From an uncultured bacterium (GTDB lineage: Bacteria > Planctomycetota > UBA1135 > GCA-002686595), in assembly GCA_943787795.1 (NCBI GenBank), contig CALSNU010000003.1:491708-555707 (forward strand): a DNA stretch of 64,000 nucleotides, given 5' to 3'. The position numbers and the translations under genes are program-made. The stretch's first letter is position 1. Each line of letters starts with the position of its first letter. The notes below the pieces were generated by a model, which was given only the letters and a program-made list of their open reading frames with translations, was not told the origin of the DNA and did no database searches. Of this stretch, positions 51,026 through 60,583 are shown piece after piece.

Positions 51026-53187
51026 CGGGACCCTCCCGCAGCCGGAGCCGCTACCGCAGCCGCAGCCTGGGCTGCGGAGAAGGCCTCCACCGCGCGCCAC
51101 ACGCGCAGGGTGTTGCCGGACCAGATCTTCTCGATGTCCTCGGCCGAGTAGCCACGCCGGACCAGCTCGAGCGTGACGTTCCAGGTCTCGCTGGCGTCGC
51201 TCCAGCCCTCGATGCCGCCGCCTCCGTCGAAGTCAGAGCTGATGGCCACATGGTCCACGCCGATACGGCGGACGGCGTGGTCGATGTGATCCACGAAGTC
51301 ACGGACGTTGGCGCGCTCGCGGGCCTCGTCGAAGGCGCGGACGCGTTCGCGGAGCGTCCGGTTGAGGGCGCGCACCTCCGGGTCGGAGCTCGCGGGTCGG
51401 CTGCCCTGCTGCGGGGGTAGCCCGAGCTCCTCGCGGGTCCGCCGGATGAAGCCCCGGCGGTCTCCGTCGTCCTTCACGTAGCTCGCGAAGGCCACGCACT
51501 GGATCACGCCGCCGTTCGCCTTGAGCGCGTCGAGCTCCGCGTCGCTCAGGTTGCGCCCGTGCAGTCGGACGGCGTCCACGCCGGAGTGGGAGGCGATCAC
51601 CGGGGCCTTCGAGTGCGCGATGGCCTCGAGGCTGGTCTTCTCGGAGGCGTGGGAGATGTCGACCATGATTCCCACGCGGTTCATCTCCTCGATGGCGCGG
51701 CGCCCGAGGTCCGAGAGCCCGCCGTGCAGCGGCTCGTCCGCCGGCGTGTTGGAGTCGCCGAGCTGGCTGTGCTTGTTGTGGGTGAGGCTCATGTACCGAG
51801 CCCCTCGCCCGTGGAACGTCTCGATGGCAGAGAGGTCCTCGCCCATGGCGTAGCCGTTCTCGATCCCGATGCAGGCCACAAGGCGGCCCTCGGCGGCGAT
51901 TCGCTCCACGTCCGCTGCGCTGCGGGCGAGGCCGATCTCGTCGGGGAAGCGCTCGGCCATGCGCTCGATGGCGTCGAACTTGGCGTCGGCGGCGGCGCGT
52001 GCCCTGGAGAAGGCCTCGGGGGTGAGGTCCCCCTGCCCGACGTAGACGATGAAGAACGCGACATCGAGGCCGCCGCTGCGCATCTTCGGGAAGTCCACCT
52101 GGTTGCGGCCCCAGACCCGCGGGTCGCTGCGCAGGAGGAAGCGGCGCAGCGCCGCGGGGTCCTCGGGGATCTCCACAGAGGCCAGGGACGTCGAGATGTC
52201 CTTGTGGGTGTCGAGGGTCAAGGCGGCGGCGTGGATCGCCCGCGCGCGCTCGAGGATCGCCGTCTCGGGCCCCGCACCAAGGATCCAGCACTGGTAGGCG
52301 AGGGGCAGCGCGAGGCGGCTCCGCTCCTTGAGGTCAGGCCCGAGCTCCACAACGATCAGGCCGGGCTCGCCGTCGCTGCGCGGCCCGGCGATGGCCCAGC
52401 CCTCGTTGACCAGGCTCTGGGCGGTCAGGATGGGCCGGACGGTGAGCACCGCCTCGAGACCCAGGTTGCGTACGGCCGCGGGGGTGAGGACGGTCTCCTC
52501 TCGCACGCGGTCTAAGCCGCCTGCGTGGACGGCCACCAGGGCTCCGTCCGCGCGGACGCCAGCCCAACCGTCGCCCGTGGCCACAGGGTGGCGGAGCACG
52601 TCGGCGGCCCACTTTCGGCGACTTGAGAGAGCGCCCATGTCGACGTCCTCCACGTGTCCGGTACCGCGGTGGACCAGGAGTCGCTCGTCCTCTCCGATGT
52701 CGAGGCCGAGGCGATGGAGCTCGTCGGCGGCAAGGCCGTTGTTCGTGGGGGTGGCGAGGAGGCGGGAGCCGGGCCAGAGCGCACCCGCTACCTCCACATC
52801 TGTTCGGCCGCCAAGGCGATCAAGCAGCCACAGCTCTCCGGCGGCAGCGACCGCGATCCTCCCGTCCGGAAGGAGAGTGAAGGCGTCGATGGAGGCGTCT
52901 GGCAGCCCCCAAACGCGCCGGCCGTCGGTCCCTCGAAACTCGCTGATCCCCCCCCCGGAATCCAGCACGATCAGGTTGCCGTTGGGGAGGCCCTCGACCT
53001 CCCGGGCATGGACGCGGACCAAGGTTGTGTCCGGCGCGTAGCCTGCCCCCGGCGGTGTGGTTGTGACGGCGAGAGAAGGTCCGCCCTCCAGCCGCTGGAG
53101 CGAGGCGACGTGGAGCTGAGCGCGCGCGGCCGCGGGCGGCGTGACGGTCAAGGTGGCGAGCGCAAGGAGGCCTGGGAAGAAGCGCAT
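51022..53187 (-). CDS. Secreted M19 membrane dipeptidase with extra N-terminal beta-rich domain
   Basis: DTHKD, QVDFPKMRSGGLD, GIENG, SLTHN, DISH, ASHS and SSDFDGGG; roughly 290-aa N-terminal extension after the signal peptide. Confidence 0.88.
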   Translation of the reverse strand: MRFFPGLLALATLTVTPPAAARAQLHVASLQRLEGGPSLAVTTTPPGAGYAPDTTLVRVHAREVEGLPNGNLIVLDSGGGISEFRGTDGRRVWGLPDASIDAFTLLPDGRIAVAAAGELWLLDRLGGRTDVEVAGALWPGSRLLATPTNNGLAADELHRLGLDIGEDERLLVHRGTGHVEDVDMGALSSRRKWAADVLRHPVATGDGWAGVRADGALVAVHAGGLDRVREETVLTPAAVRNLGLEAVLTVRPILTAQSLVNEGWAIAGPRSDGEPGLIVVELGPDLKERSRLALPLAYQCWILGAGPETAILERARAIHAAALTLDTHKDISTSLASVEIPEDPAALRRFLLRSDPRVWGRNQVDFPKMRSGGLDVAFFIVYVGQGDLTPEAFSRARAAADAKFDAIERMAERFPDEIGLARSAADVERIAAEGRLVACIGIENGYAMGEDLSAIETFHGRGARYMSLTHNKHSQLGDSNTPADEPLHGGLSDLGRRAIEEMNRVGIMVDISHASEKTSLEAIAHSKAPVIASHSGVDAVRLHGRNLSDAELDALKANGGVIQCVAFASYVKDDGDRRGFIRRTREELGLPPQQGSRPASSDPEVRALNRTLRERVRAFDEARERANVRDFVDHIDHAVRRIGVDHVAISSDFDGGGGIEGWSDASETWNVTLELVRRGYSAEDIEKIWSGNTLRVWRAVEAFSAAQAAAAVAAPAAGGSR

Positions 53188-53308
53188 GGGGGAGACGCTA
53201 TCCCGTGAGGTGGTGGCACATCAAGGAACGAGTCCAACTGTGGTCCCGGCTGGGAATTCCCAGCCTTGATCTCCCCGCGAAACCCCCTCCGTCGCCATCC
53301 TTGGACCC

Positions 53309-54790
53309 ATGTCCGTCATTGTCTACGCCGCCATGGCTCTCGCCGCCTCGCCGCTCCAGGGGACCTTCCTCGTGGAGGTGGGGGCCTCCCGGGGCATTGG
53401 GCCCTACGTCACGCCCCCGGGCCTCGCCGGAGGCATCGCCGCTGCGGACTTCGACCGCGACGGCGACGTGGACCTGTTCGTCCCCAACGGGCCTGGGGCC
53501 CCAGATCAGCTGTACGTGAACGACGGCGCCGGCCACTTCACGGAGCAGGCCGCGGCCTTCGGGCTCGATCAGGATGGCAACCACCGGGCGGCCCTGTGGT
53601 TCGATGCGGACGGGGACCGGGACCTTGATCTGGTGACGGTGGGAGACTGCTTCACCTCGGTGCCGTGCACGGGCGAGCCGACCGTTCGGCTGTATCAGCA
53701 GCTGGCGACGGGCGGTTTCCGTGAGGTCACGGCCGGCTGCGGGTTTGATCGGGACCTGTCCTCCTTCTCTGACTCCCACGTCGGCGGCGTGGCGGCGGGT
53801 GACGTGGATGGTGATGGGGACCTGGACCTGCTGGTGTCCATCTGGGAGGGCCTGTCGTACCTCTTCATCAACGACGGCATCGGTCGCTTCGAGGAGCAGG
53901 GCGCGGCGCGCGGGATTCAGACGCTGGCGAACCACTGGCAGCCGGTGCTCTTCGACCTGACGGGGGACGGCGCCGCCGACATCTTCCAGGCCGTGGACTT
54001 CACGGAGAACTACCTCTGGGTCAACCAGGGCGGCGGGACCTTCGTCGACGAGGCCCAGCAGGCCGGCGTCGCGAGCGCCTTCAACGAGATGGGAGTCGCC
54101 CTCGCGGACCATGACCGTGACGGGGACCTTGACCTCTACGTGACCAACATCTACGTGCCCGGTGTGAGGTACAACACCCTCTATCGCAGGGATGCTGGGG
54201 GCCTTCGCTTCACCGAGATTTCGGCGCAGATGGGGGTCCAGGATTCGGGCTGCGGTTGGGGGACCAGCTTCGTTGACCTGGACCAGGACGGGTGGTTCGA
54301 CCTGCCGTCGAGTAACTCCTGCGCGGGCCGCGACTCGCGCATCTTCTGGAACGGGCTCGGCGTGACCGGCTCATACGTGGACGCCACGGAGCGGGCGGGC
54401 TTCGAGGGCCGCGACGGCACGGGCCTGATCACCTTCGACATGGACGGCGATGGGGATCGAGACATGGCCCAGGTCGGTCTCGACGGGCTGCGGCTCTACG
54501 AGAACCTCCACCTTGGCGGCTCCCTCAGGCGTCACCTCGTCGTCCGGCCGCGCATGGCGGGGAGCAACCGCTACGCCGTGGGTGCGCTGGTGACGGTCTC
54601 TGATGGCGTGTACCGCACCTCCCGGCCCATCCTCGCCGGGCAAGGCGTGCTCTCGCAGGAGCCCTTCGAGGCACACTTTGGCGTGGGCGATGCGGCCACG
54701 GTGGACGTGCGCGTGGACTGGCCAGACGGCCGCAGCGTGGTGCTTGAGGACGTGGCCGTCGGCCAGACCTTGACGATCACCGCGCCGTGA
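53309..54790 (+). CDS. CRTAC1/ASPIC-UnbV FG-GAP repeat protein
   Basis: Repeated DxDxDGDxDL calcium-blade motifs; C-terminal NRYAVGA...LSQ...HFGVG...VDWPDG (ASPIC/UnbV). Confidence 0.9.
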   Translation: MSVIVYAAMALAASPLQGTFLVEVGASRGIGPYVTPPGLAGGIAAADFDRDGDVDLFVPNGPGAPDQLYVNDGAGHFTEQAAAFGLDQDGNHRAALWFDADGDRDLDLVTVGDCFTSVPCTGEPTVRLYQQLATGGFREVTAGCGFDRDLSSFSDSHVGGVAAGDVDGDGDLDLLVSIWEGLSYLFINDGIGRFEEQGAARGIQTLANHWQPVLFDLTGDGAADIFQAVDFTENYLWVNQGGGTFVDEAQQAGVASAFNEMGVALADHDRDGDLDLYVTNIYVPGVRYNTLYRRDAGGLRFTEISAQMGVQDSGCGWGTSFVDLDQDGWFDLPSSNSCAGRDSRIFWNGLGVTGSYVDATERAGFEGRDGTGLITFDMDGDGDRDMAQVGLDGLRLYENLHLGGSLRRHLVVRPRMAGSNRYAVGALVTVSDGVYRTSRPILAGQGVLSQEPFEAHFGVGDAATVDVRVDWPDGRSVVLEDVAVGQTLTITAP

Positions 54791-55125
54791 CGGCGGCGGG
54801 CGAGGCCTGGCAGGCGATCTTCCCCTCGGCCGCCTGGGGCGTCCATGGAGACCCCCGGGCAACCGTGAGGCGGGCGCCCGGGCCTCCGAGGCGGAGCTGA
54901 TGGGAGCCCGCGGCAGAGGACCAGCTTCTGGACGGTGCGAGGTCGTGCTCGTGTCCCGATACGAGCAAGCCCGGAGCGGCAGAATGCCACGCCGGATTCG
55001 GGCCCTTCGTATACGCCCATTTGGCGGGCAGGGGTCGGGCGCGTGATAGCCTTCGACAAGGCTTGAGGAAGCCGCGCGCTGCCAACGGATCGGTGGCGGC
55101 GGACCTCGCATCATCCCGATACGCC

Positions 55126-58100
55126 ATGCTCGCACTTCGACTCGCAGCCCTGGGCTGCCTCTCCACCTCGGCCGCCCTCGCGGACGTCACCTACGTCGAC
55201 TTCTCGTCCACCGCCGGACTGACCCTGGTTGGGTCTGCGGCGGGCCTGGGCGACGAGCTGCAGATCAACCCGGACCAGCCCTCGCAGGTTGGCGCCGCCT
55301 GGGCCACTGCCCGGCAGGACGTGACGTCGCCCTTCACGACCGAGTTCACGTTCCGGCTCTCCGGTGGCGGAGAGGGCTTCGCCTTCGTGATCCAGCGCGA
55401 CGCGGTCGACGCCATCGGTTCCGGCGGCGGCGGGCTCGGCTATAGCCAGCTGTCGAACTCGATCGCGATCGAGTTCGACACGTTCGGAAACCTCCTGACG
55501 TTCGACCCGTCGGCGAACCACGTCTCGGTCAACACCAACGGAGCCTCACCCAACCGGGCCGCGCACTCCGCGTCTCTTGGCGCCACCTCCGCCGTGACCA
55601 CCATGGCGGATGACGATGCCCACACGGTGCGGATCGAGTACACCCCCGGCGCGCTCCAGGTCTACATGGACGACACGGTCGTGACGCTCCAGCTGGACCT
55701 CGACATCGCGAGCACGCTCTCGCTCGCGGACGGGACGGCGTGGGTCGGGTTCACCGCGTCCACCAGCGGCCTCTCCCAGTCCACGGACCTCCTTTCATGG
55801 TCCTTCGACGAGCAGACCGGCGCCCCCTCCGGGAACGCTGCACCAGCGGCGCCCAGCATCAGCGAGCCCGCCTCCTCCAATCAGCCCCTGAACCCGTACG
55901 ACGTCCACATGGAGGCCGGCCCGTTCGTCGACCCCGACGGCGACCTGCACGCGTGCAGCGACTACGAGATCTGGAGGATGATGCCGCCCGAGCGTGTCTG
56001 GCGGACGTCCTGCATCGGCGGTCCCCCGAAGGTGCACTCTCACCTCGGAGACGGGACCTTCCTGGGGTCCCACGCGGGCGCGACCTCGCTGGACCCGCTG
56101 ACGAGCTTCATCTTCCGGGTGCGCTTCCGCGACGACAGCGGCGACAGTGTCACGGACTTCAGCCCCTGGGCCGAGAAGACGTTCCAAACCGGAGCGGCCA
56201 GCACCTTCTATCCCTTCGAGACCGAGGACATCGTCGAGGACCCCGAGCCGACCTGGACCTTCTCGGTGGGCAACGTGGAGCCGATCCTCCCCCCGTCGAC
56301 GGACCCCGCCGTGATCTCCCTGGAGTCGGGCATCGGCATGTCGCTCCTGAGCATCGAGGCCAATGACGGGGTGACCAACACTTGGAGGAACCCGGCGGCG
56401 CTGCCCGAGCACGAGGACCTGCGGATGCGGATCTACGGCGGCGCGGCTGGCCTCACCCTCGGGGACACCGACCTCCTCGTGGTGGACGACGAGTGCAAGC
56501 GCACGCGCATCCTGATCCCGTCCCTGGCCCTGGGGCCGAACCAGTCGGCCTACTATTGGATCTCCTCCGACGGGGCGACCTGGGAGACGACCGCCGGCCA
56601 GACCACCCCTGACTTCTCCACCCAGGCCCGCGGGCTGTCGCTTCCCTGGGTTGCCTCGCAGCCGGGATACCAGGTGGAGGTGGTGGCTACCGACCTCGAG
56701 CTGCCCATCCACATCGCCTTCGTGCCGAACCCCGGTACGGACCCCGGTGACCCGCTCCTGTACGTGACCGAGCTGTACGGAGCCATCAAGGTGGTGACCA
56801 ACGACGGCACGGTGGGCACCTACGCCGACAACCTCATCAACTTCAGCCCGACCGGGGCGTTCCCCGGCTCTGGCGAGCAGGGGGTCTCGGGCATCGCCGT
56901 GGACCCGGTGACCGGGGACGTGTTCGCGGGCATGCTCTACGACGCGAACGGGCCGCACTTCCCCAAGGTCGTCCGCTTCACGAGCGTCGACGGCGGGCGG
57001 ACCGCCGCGACCCAGACGACGATCCTGAACATGCCCGGGGAGTCCCAGGGGCAGTCGCACTTCATCTCGAACTTCCAGATGCTCCCGGACCGCACGCTGC
57101 TCGTGCACATGGGGGACGGCTTCAACGCCTCGACCGGACGGAACCTCTCCTCGTACCGGGGCAAGATCCTGCGCATGAACCTCGACGGGAGCCCGGTGAC
57201 GAGCAACCCGTTCTACAACGGTGGGCAGATCAACTCGCGGGACTACGTCTACGCCTACGGGGTGCGGAACCCCTTCGGCGGGCGTTACCGGGCGTCGGAC
57301 GGCTTCCACTACATGGTGGAGAACGGGCCCTCGGTGGACCGCTTCGCCAGGGTCGTTCCGGGTCGTGACTACCTGTGGGAGGGCTCGGACAGCAACATGT
57401 TCAACTACGCCCTTCACAACTGGGCGCCCGCCACGGGCCCCGTGGACATGGCGTGGATCGAGCAGGAGACCTTCGACGGCAGCGGCTTCCCCCAGTCCAA
57501 GTGGGACCACGCCTTCGTGACCGAGTCCGGCCCCACCTACGCGTCCGGCCCGCAGAACTTCGGCAAGCGCATCACCGAGTTCGAGATCGACGCCCAGGGC
57601 CAGAAGGTCTCGGGCCCCACCAACCTCGTGGAGTACGCCGGCACGGGCCGGGCCACGGTCTCGGCCCTCACCGCTGGCCCCGACGGCCTCTACTTCGCTG
57701 ACCTCTACCGTGACTCGGGCAGCGACCCGACCGCGCGCGGGGCCAACGTGCTGCGCGTGCGGTGGGTGGGCGCCCAGCTCGGGACGTGCGGAACCATCGG
57801 GGACAGCTACTGCGACCCGCCCGTGGTGAACTCCACTGGCCTGCCTGCGATCCTCGTGATGCGCGGTAGCGACCGGGTCTCGGAGAATGACGTGCGACTC
57901 GACGTGGAGCAGCTGCCCCAGAATTCCCTGGGCTACTTCCTGGCCTCGCAGACCCAGTCGTTCATCCCGAATCCCGGCGGCAGCATGGGCAACCTCTGCA
58001 TCTTCGGGACCATCGGCCGCTTCATCGCCCAGGCCCAGAACTCCGGGCCCTCGGGGACCTTCAGCTTCAGCCTCGACGTCTCGAACATGCCCCCGCCGCT

Positions 58101-58209
58101 CTCGGCCGTGGCGATCGGCGAGACCTGGAACTTCCAGGCGTGGTACCGGGACTTCCAGCTGGTGGTGACGTCCAACTTCACCAACGCCGTGTCGGTGGAC
58201 TTCCAGTGA
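55126..58209 (+). CDS. Secreted legume-lectin + PQQ-dependent glucose/sorbosone dehydrogenase-like protein with conserved C-terminal domain
   Basis: Signal peptide; L-lectin motifs GEGFAFVIQ, AIEFDTF and AWVGFTAST; GSDH motifs GEQGVSGIA, GKILRMNLDG and YGVRNPF; C-terminal YC...NSTG...FQAWYRD...NFTNAVSVDFQ. Confidence 0.88.
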   Translation: MLALRLAALGCLSTSAALADVTYVDFSSTAGLTLVGSAAGLGDELQINPDQPSQVGAAWATARQDVTSPFTTEFTFRLSGGGEGFAFVIQRDAVDAIGSGGGGLGYSQLSNSIAIEFDTFGNLLTFDPSANHVSVNTNGASPNRAAHSASLGATSAVTTMADDDAHTVRIEYTPGALQVYMDDTVVTLQLDLDIASTLSLADGTAWVGFTASTSGLSQSTDLLSWSFDEQTGAPSGNAAPAAPSISEPASSNQPLNPYDVHMEAGPFVDPDGDLHACSDYEIWRMMPPERVWRTSCIGGPPKVHSHLGDGTFLGSHAGATSLDPLTSFIFRVRFRDDSGDSVTDFSPWAEKTFQTGAASTFYPFETEDIVEDPEPTWTFSVGNVEPILPPSTDPAVISLESGIGMSLLSIEANDGVTNTWRNPAALPEHEDLRMRIYGGAAGLTLGDTDLLVVDDECKRTRILIPSLALGPNQSAYYWISSDGATWETTAGQTTPDFSTQARGLSLPWVASQPGYQVEVVATDLELPIHIAFVPNPGTDPGDPLLYVTELYGAIKVVTNDGTVGTYADNLINFSPTGAFPGSGEQGVSGIAVDPVTGDVFAGMLYDANGPHFPKVVRFTSVDGGRTAATQTTILNMPGESQGQSHFISNFQMLPDRTLLVHMGDGFNASTGRNLSSYRGKILRMNLDGSPVTSNPFYNGGQINSRDYVYAYGVRNPFGGRYRASDGFHYMVENGPSVDRFARVVPGRDYLWEGSDSNMFNYALHNWAPATGPVDMAWIEQETFDGSGFPQSKWDHAFVTESGPTYASGPQNFGKRITEFEIDAQGQKVSGPTNLVEYAGTGRATVSALTAGPDGLYFADLYRDSGSDPTARGANVLRVRWVGAQLGTCGTIGDSYCDPPVVNSTGLPAILVMRGSDRVSENDVRLDVEQLPQNSLGYFLASQTQSFIPNPGGSMGNLCIFGTIGRFIAQAQNSGPSGTFSFSLDVSNMPPPLSAVAIGETWNFQAWYRDFQLVVTSNFTNAVSVDFQ

Positions 58210-58284
58210 GCTGAGACCGTCGGGGCTGCCATCGAGCAGCCTCGGCGACCGGCGCGTGTCGGCTTCGACTTGGCGCGGCGGCCG

Positions 58285-59178
58285 CTAGTCCCCGCCGCGC
58301 ACGATTTCCACCTCGGCGCCGCAGGGCAGGAGGTCGAAGAGCTCGATCACGTCGCGATTGCGCATGCGCACGCACCCGTGGGAGACGGGGGTCCCGATGA
58401 GACCCTCCTCGTTGGTGCCGTGGATATAGATGAAGCGTTCGCGGCTGTCGATGCCGGGTCCCCTGTTCAGGCCCGGCTCGAGCCCGTCGAGCCACAGGAT
58501 GCGGGTCAGGATCAGGTCCTCCTCCACGTCCACGGGGTCGGTCAGGATGGGCGCCACGGTGTGGGTGTTGATCCGTGAGCGGAAGACGGTCCCGATCGGG
58601 GCGTCGGCGCCGAATTTCTGGTGCACGCGGTGCCTGCCGAGCGGCGTGCGGTAGCTGGCCTCGGTGCTTCCGATCCCCCGCGCGGCGGTGGAGATCGGGA
58701 AGCGCGCGACGAGGCGCTGTCCGCTGAAGACGGTCAGGGATTGGAGGCGCACGTCGACGAGCGCGCGCAATGGCGGGCTCTCCTGTCGGGCCTGCTCCGC
58801 GTTCGTCTTCCAGCGGCTCTCGTCCGCCGAGGCCGCGGGGGCATCGAAGGTCACGGCGGGGAGCGGCTCCCCGTTGGAGCTCGTGGCGGAGCCCGTCGCG
58901 GAGCCCATACGATCCGCGGACTCGGTGGGCGCGCTCGCCGGGCGGGGCCCTTGCGCGGACCAGTGAACCGGGGGCGGCGAGGAGGCAGCGGGAACGCTCG
59001 GGCTCGGCGCCCCGCCGGGTGGCGCGGGGATGGTTGCCGAGGGAGATGGCGCCGCCGTGGGGCGCTCGTGATCGCAGCCTGGAGCGAGGGCGGCGCACAG
59101 GAATGTTCCCGCCAGGAGCGTGCCGCGGCGCGCGGCCAGGTCAAGTGATCTGAAGTGCAGGGTCCCCAACGTGCTCAC
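58285..59178 (-). CDS. L,D-transpeptidase (YkuD family), probable lipoprotein
   Basis: FPISTA, TPLG and IYIHGT...SHGCVRM catalytic motif; LAPGC lipobox-like sequence and Pro/Ala/Ser linker; start uncertain. Confidence 0.88.
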   Translation of the reverse strand: MSTLGTLHFRSLDLAARRGTLLAGTFLCAALAPGCDHERPTAAPSPSATIPAPPGGAPSPSVPAASSPPPVHWSAQGPRPASAPTESADRMGSATGSATSSNGEPLPAVTFDAPAASADESRWKTNAEQARQESPPLRALVDVRLQSLTVFSGQRLVARFPISTAARGIGSTEASYRTPLGRHRVHQKFGADAPIGTVFRSRINTHTVAPILTDPVDVEEDLILTRILWLDGLEPGLNRGPGIDSRERFIYIHGTNEEGLIGTPVSHGCVRMRNRDVIELFDLLPCGAEVEIVRGGD

Positions 59179-59285
59179 CGGACGACCTCCGGTCCCCCTT
59201 GATACCCACTGGCCGGGTCCGGATGCGAGCGCCAATGGTCGGAAGGAGCGTGCGGCGGAACAGGGGCCCCCGTAGGTTGAAGGCC

Positions 59286-60419
59286 ATGGAGCAAACCTCC
59301 CCCGCGCCGCCGGCGCCCCCGGCCACTCGCGGCGCCAGGTTCGGCGCCTTCTTCCTGGCGTCCCTCCTCTCGTTCCTCTGGATCTGGCTGCTGGCGTTTC
59401 TGCTCGAGGACGTCGGGCGGATGAACCCGGTGGACTACGACGAGGTCTACGCGGCGGGCATGCCTTCGGAGCTGATTGCGGAGCTGCGAGGGGTCAACCA
59501 CGAGGTGGGTCTGCTCGAGCTGAGGATCAAGCGCCAGGAGCAGATTCAGGGCGTCTTGCAGCGCGACGTGGAGAGCTCGGGCAAGGTCATGGAGCAGATG
59601 ATGAACCTCCAGCGGCTCGCGCTGGAGAAGGGCAGCGTTCCATCCGTGGTCGAGCGGGAGGCACTGGCCATGGCCCAGGAAACGTTCCTGTCCTCACAGG
59701 GGAAGTACCGCGAGGCCAACATCGAGATCCAGTCCGCGAACAGGACCCTGTTCGAGCTTCAGCAGAAGCGGACCGAGTTGGAGACCAGAAAGGGGTCGGC
59801 GGAGGCGCCGATCCAGAAGGAGTTCCGGGCGAGGCAGCGGGCACGGGCCCTCATTGAGGCCAGCGTGCGGCTGGGGATCCTGATCCCCTTGTTTCTCGTC
59901 GCGGCTGCGACGGTCCGAAGGCGCTGGCGGCACCCGTGGCGGCCCATCTACCTCTCCTTCCTCGTGGCGACGTTCTGGACCCTCGGCTACGAGATGTTCG
60001 AGCAGTTCCCTGCGGAGTACTTCAAATACATCGCCATCGTCACCGCGATCGGCATCGTCATCGCCTTTCTCGCGTGGATCATCCGCAAGTCAACGTCGCC
60101 CAGCCCGTCGCTCGTGCTCGCCCGCAATCGGGCGGCCTACATGGAGAGCGTCTGTCCGGTCTGCGCGTTCAAGCTGAGTCGGACACCGATCCAGGGGACG
60201 CCCGCCGCGAAGCGACGGGGCCGAGCGCCGCAGGAGCCCGCCGGCCCGCTGGCTCCGGAGGGCCGTGTGGACTTCAGCTGCCCGAGCTGCGGCACCGGGC
60301 TCTTCGAGGCCTGTGGCGAGTGCTCCGCGCCGCGCCACTCGCTGCTCCCCTTCTGCGAGGGGTGTGGCGCCGAGTCCGACGGGGCGCTCGTGGTCCCGGG
60401 GGCGGCCGGAGCGACCTGA
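59286..60419 (+). CDS. Membrane protein with long coiled coil and C-terminal multi-CxxC zinc ribbon
   Basis: TM helix, ~150-aa heptad-like region, 3 TM helices, then CPVC, CPSC, CGEC and CEGC. Confidence 0.8.
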   Translation: MEQTSPAPPAPPATRGARFGAFFLASLLSFLWIWLLAFLLEDVGRMNPVDYDEVYAAGMPSELIAELRGVNHEVGLLELRIKRQEQIQGVLQRDVESSGKVMEQMMNLQRLALEKGSVPSVVEREALAMAQETFLSSQGKYREANIEIQSANRTLFELQQKRTELETRKGSAEAPIQKEFRARQRARALIEASVRLGILIPLFLVAAATVRRRWRHPWRPIYLSFLVATFWTLGYEMFEQFPAEYFKYIAIVTAIGIVIAFLAWIIRKSTSPSPSLVLARNRAAYMESVCPVCAFKLSRTPIQGTPAAKRRGRAPQEPAGPLAPEGRVDFSCPSCGTGLFEACGECSAPRHSLLPFCEGCGAESDGALVVPGAAGAT

Positions 60420-60583
60420 GCGAGGCGGCCCTTGGGAGGTGAACGCCCCCGGCTCCCGAGAGATCGGGCTCGGTCGGGGAGGGCGGCCTGGATTATCCTC
60501 TGGGTCCGCCCGTCCGGGCGGCCCCTGTGAGGCTTTCCGTTGCCACCCCGGGCGCCGGGCAACGCTGTGCCGCAGGAGTGGAT

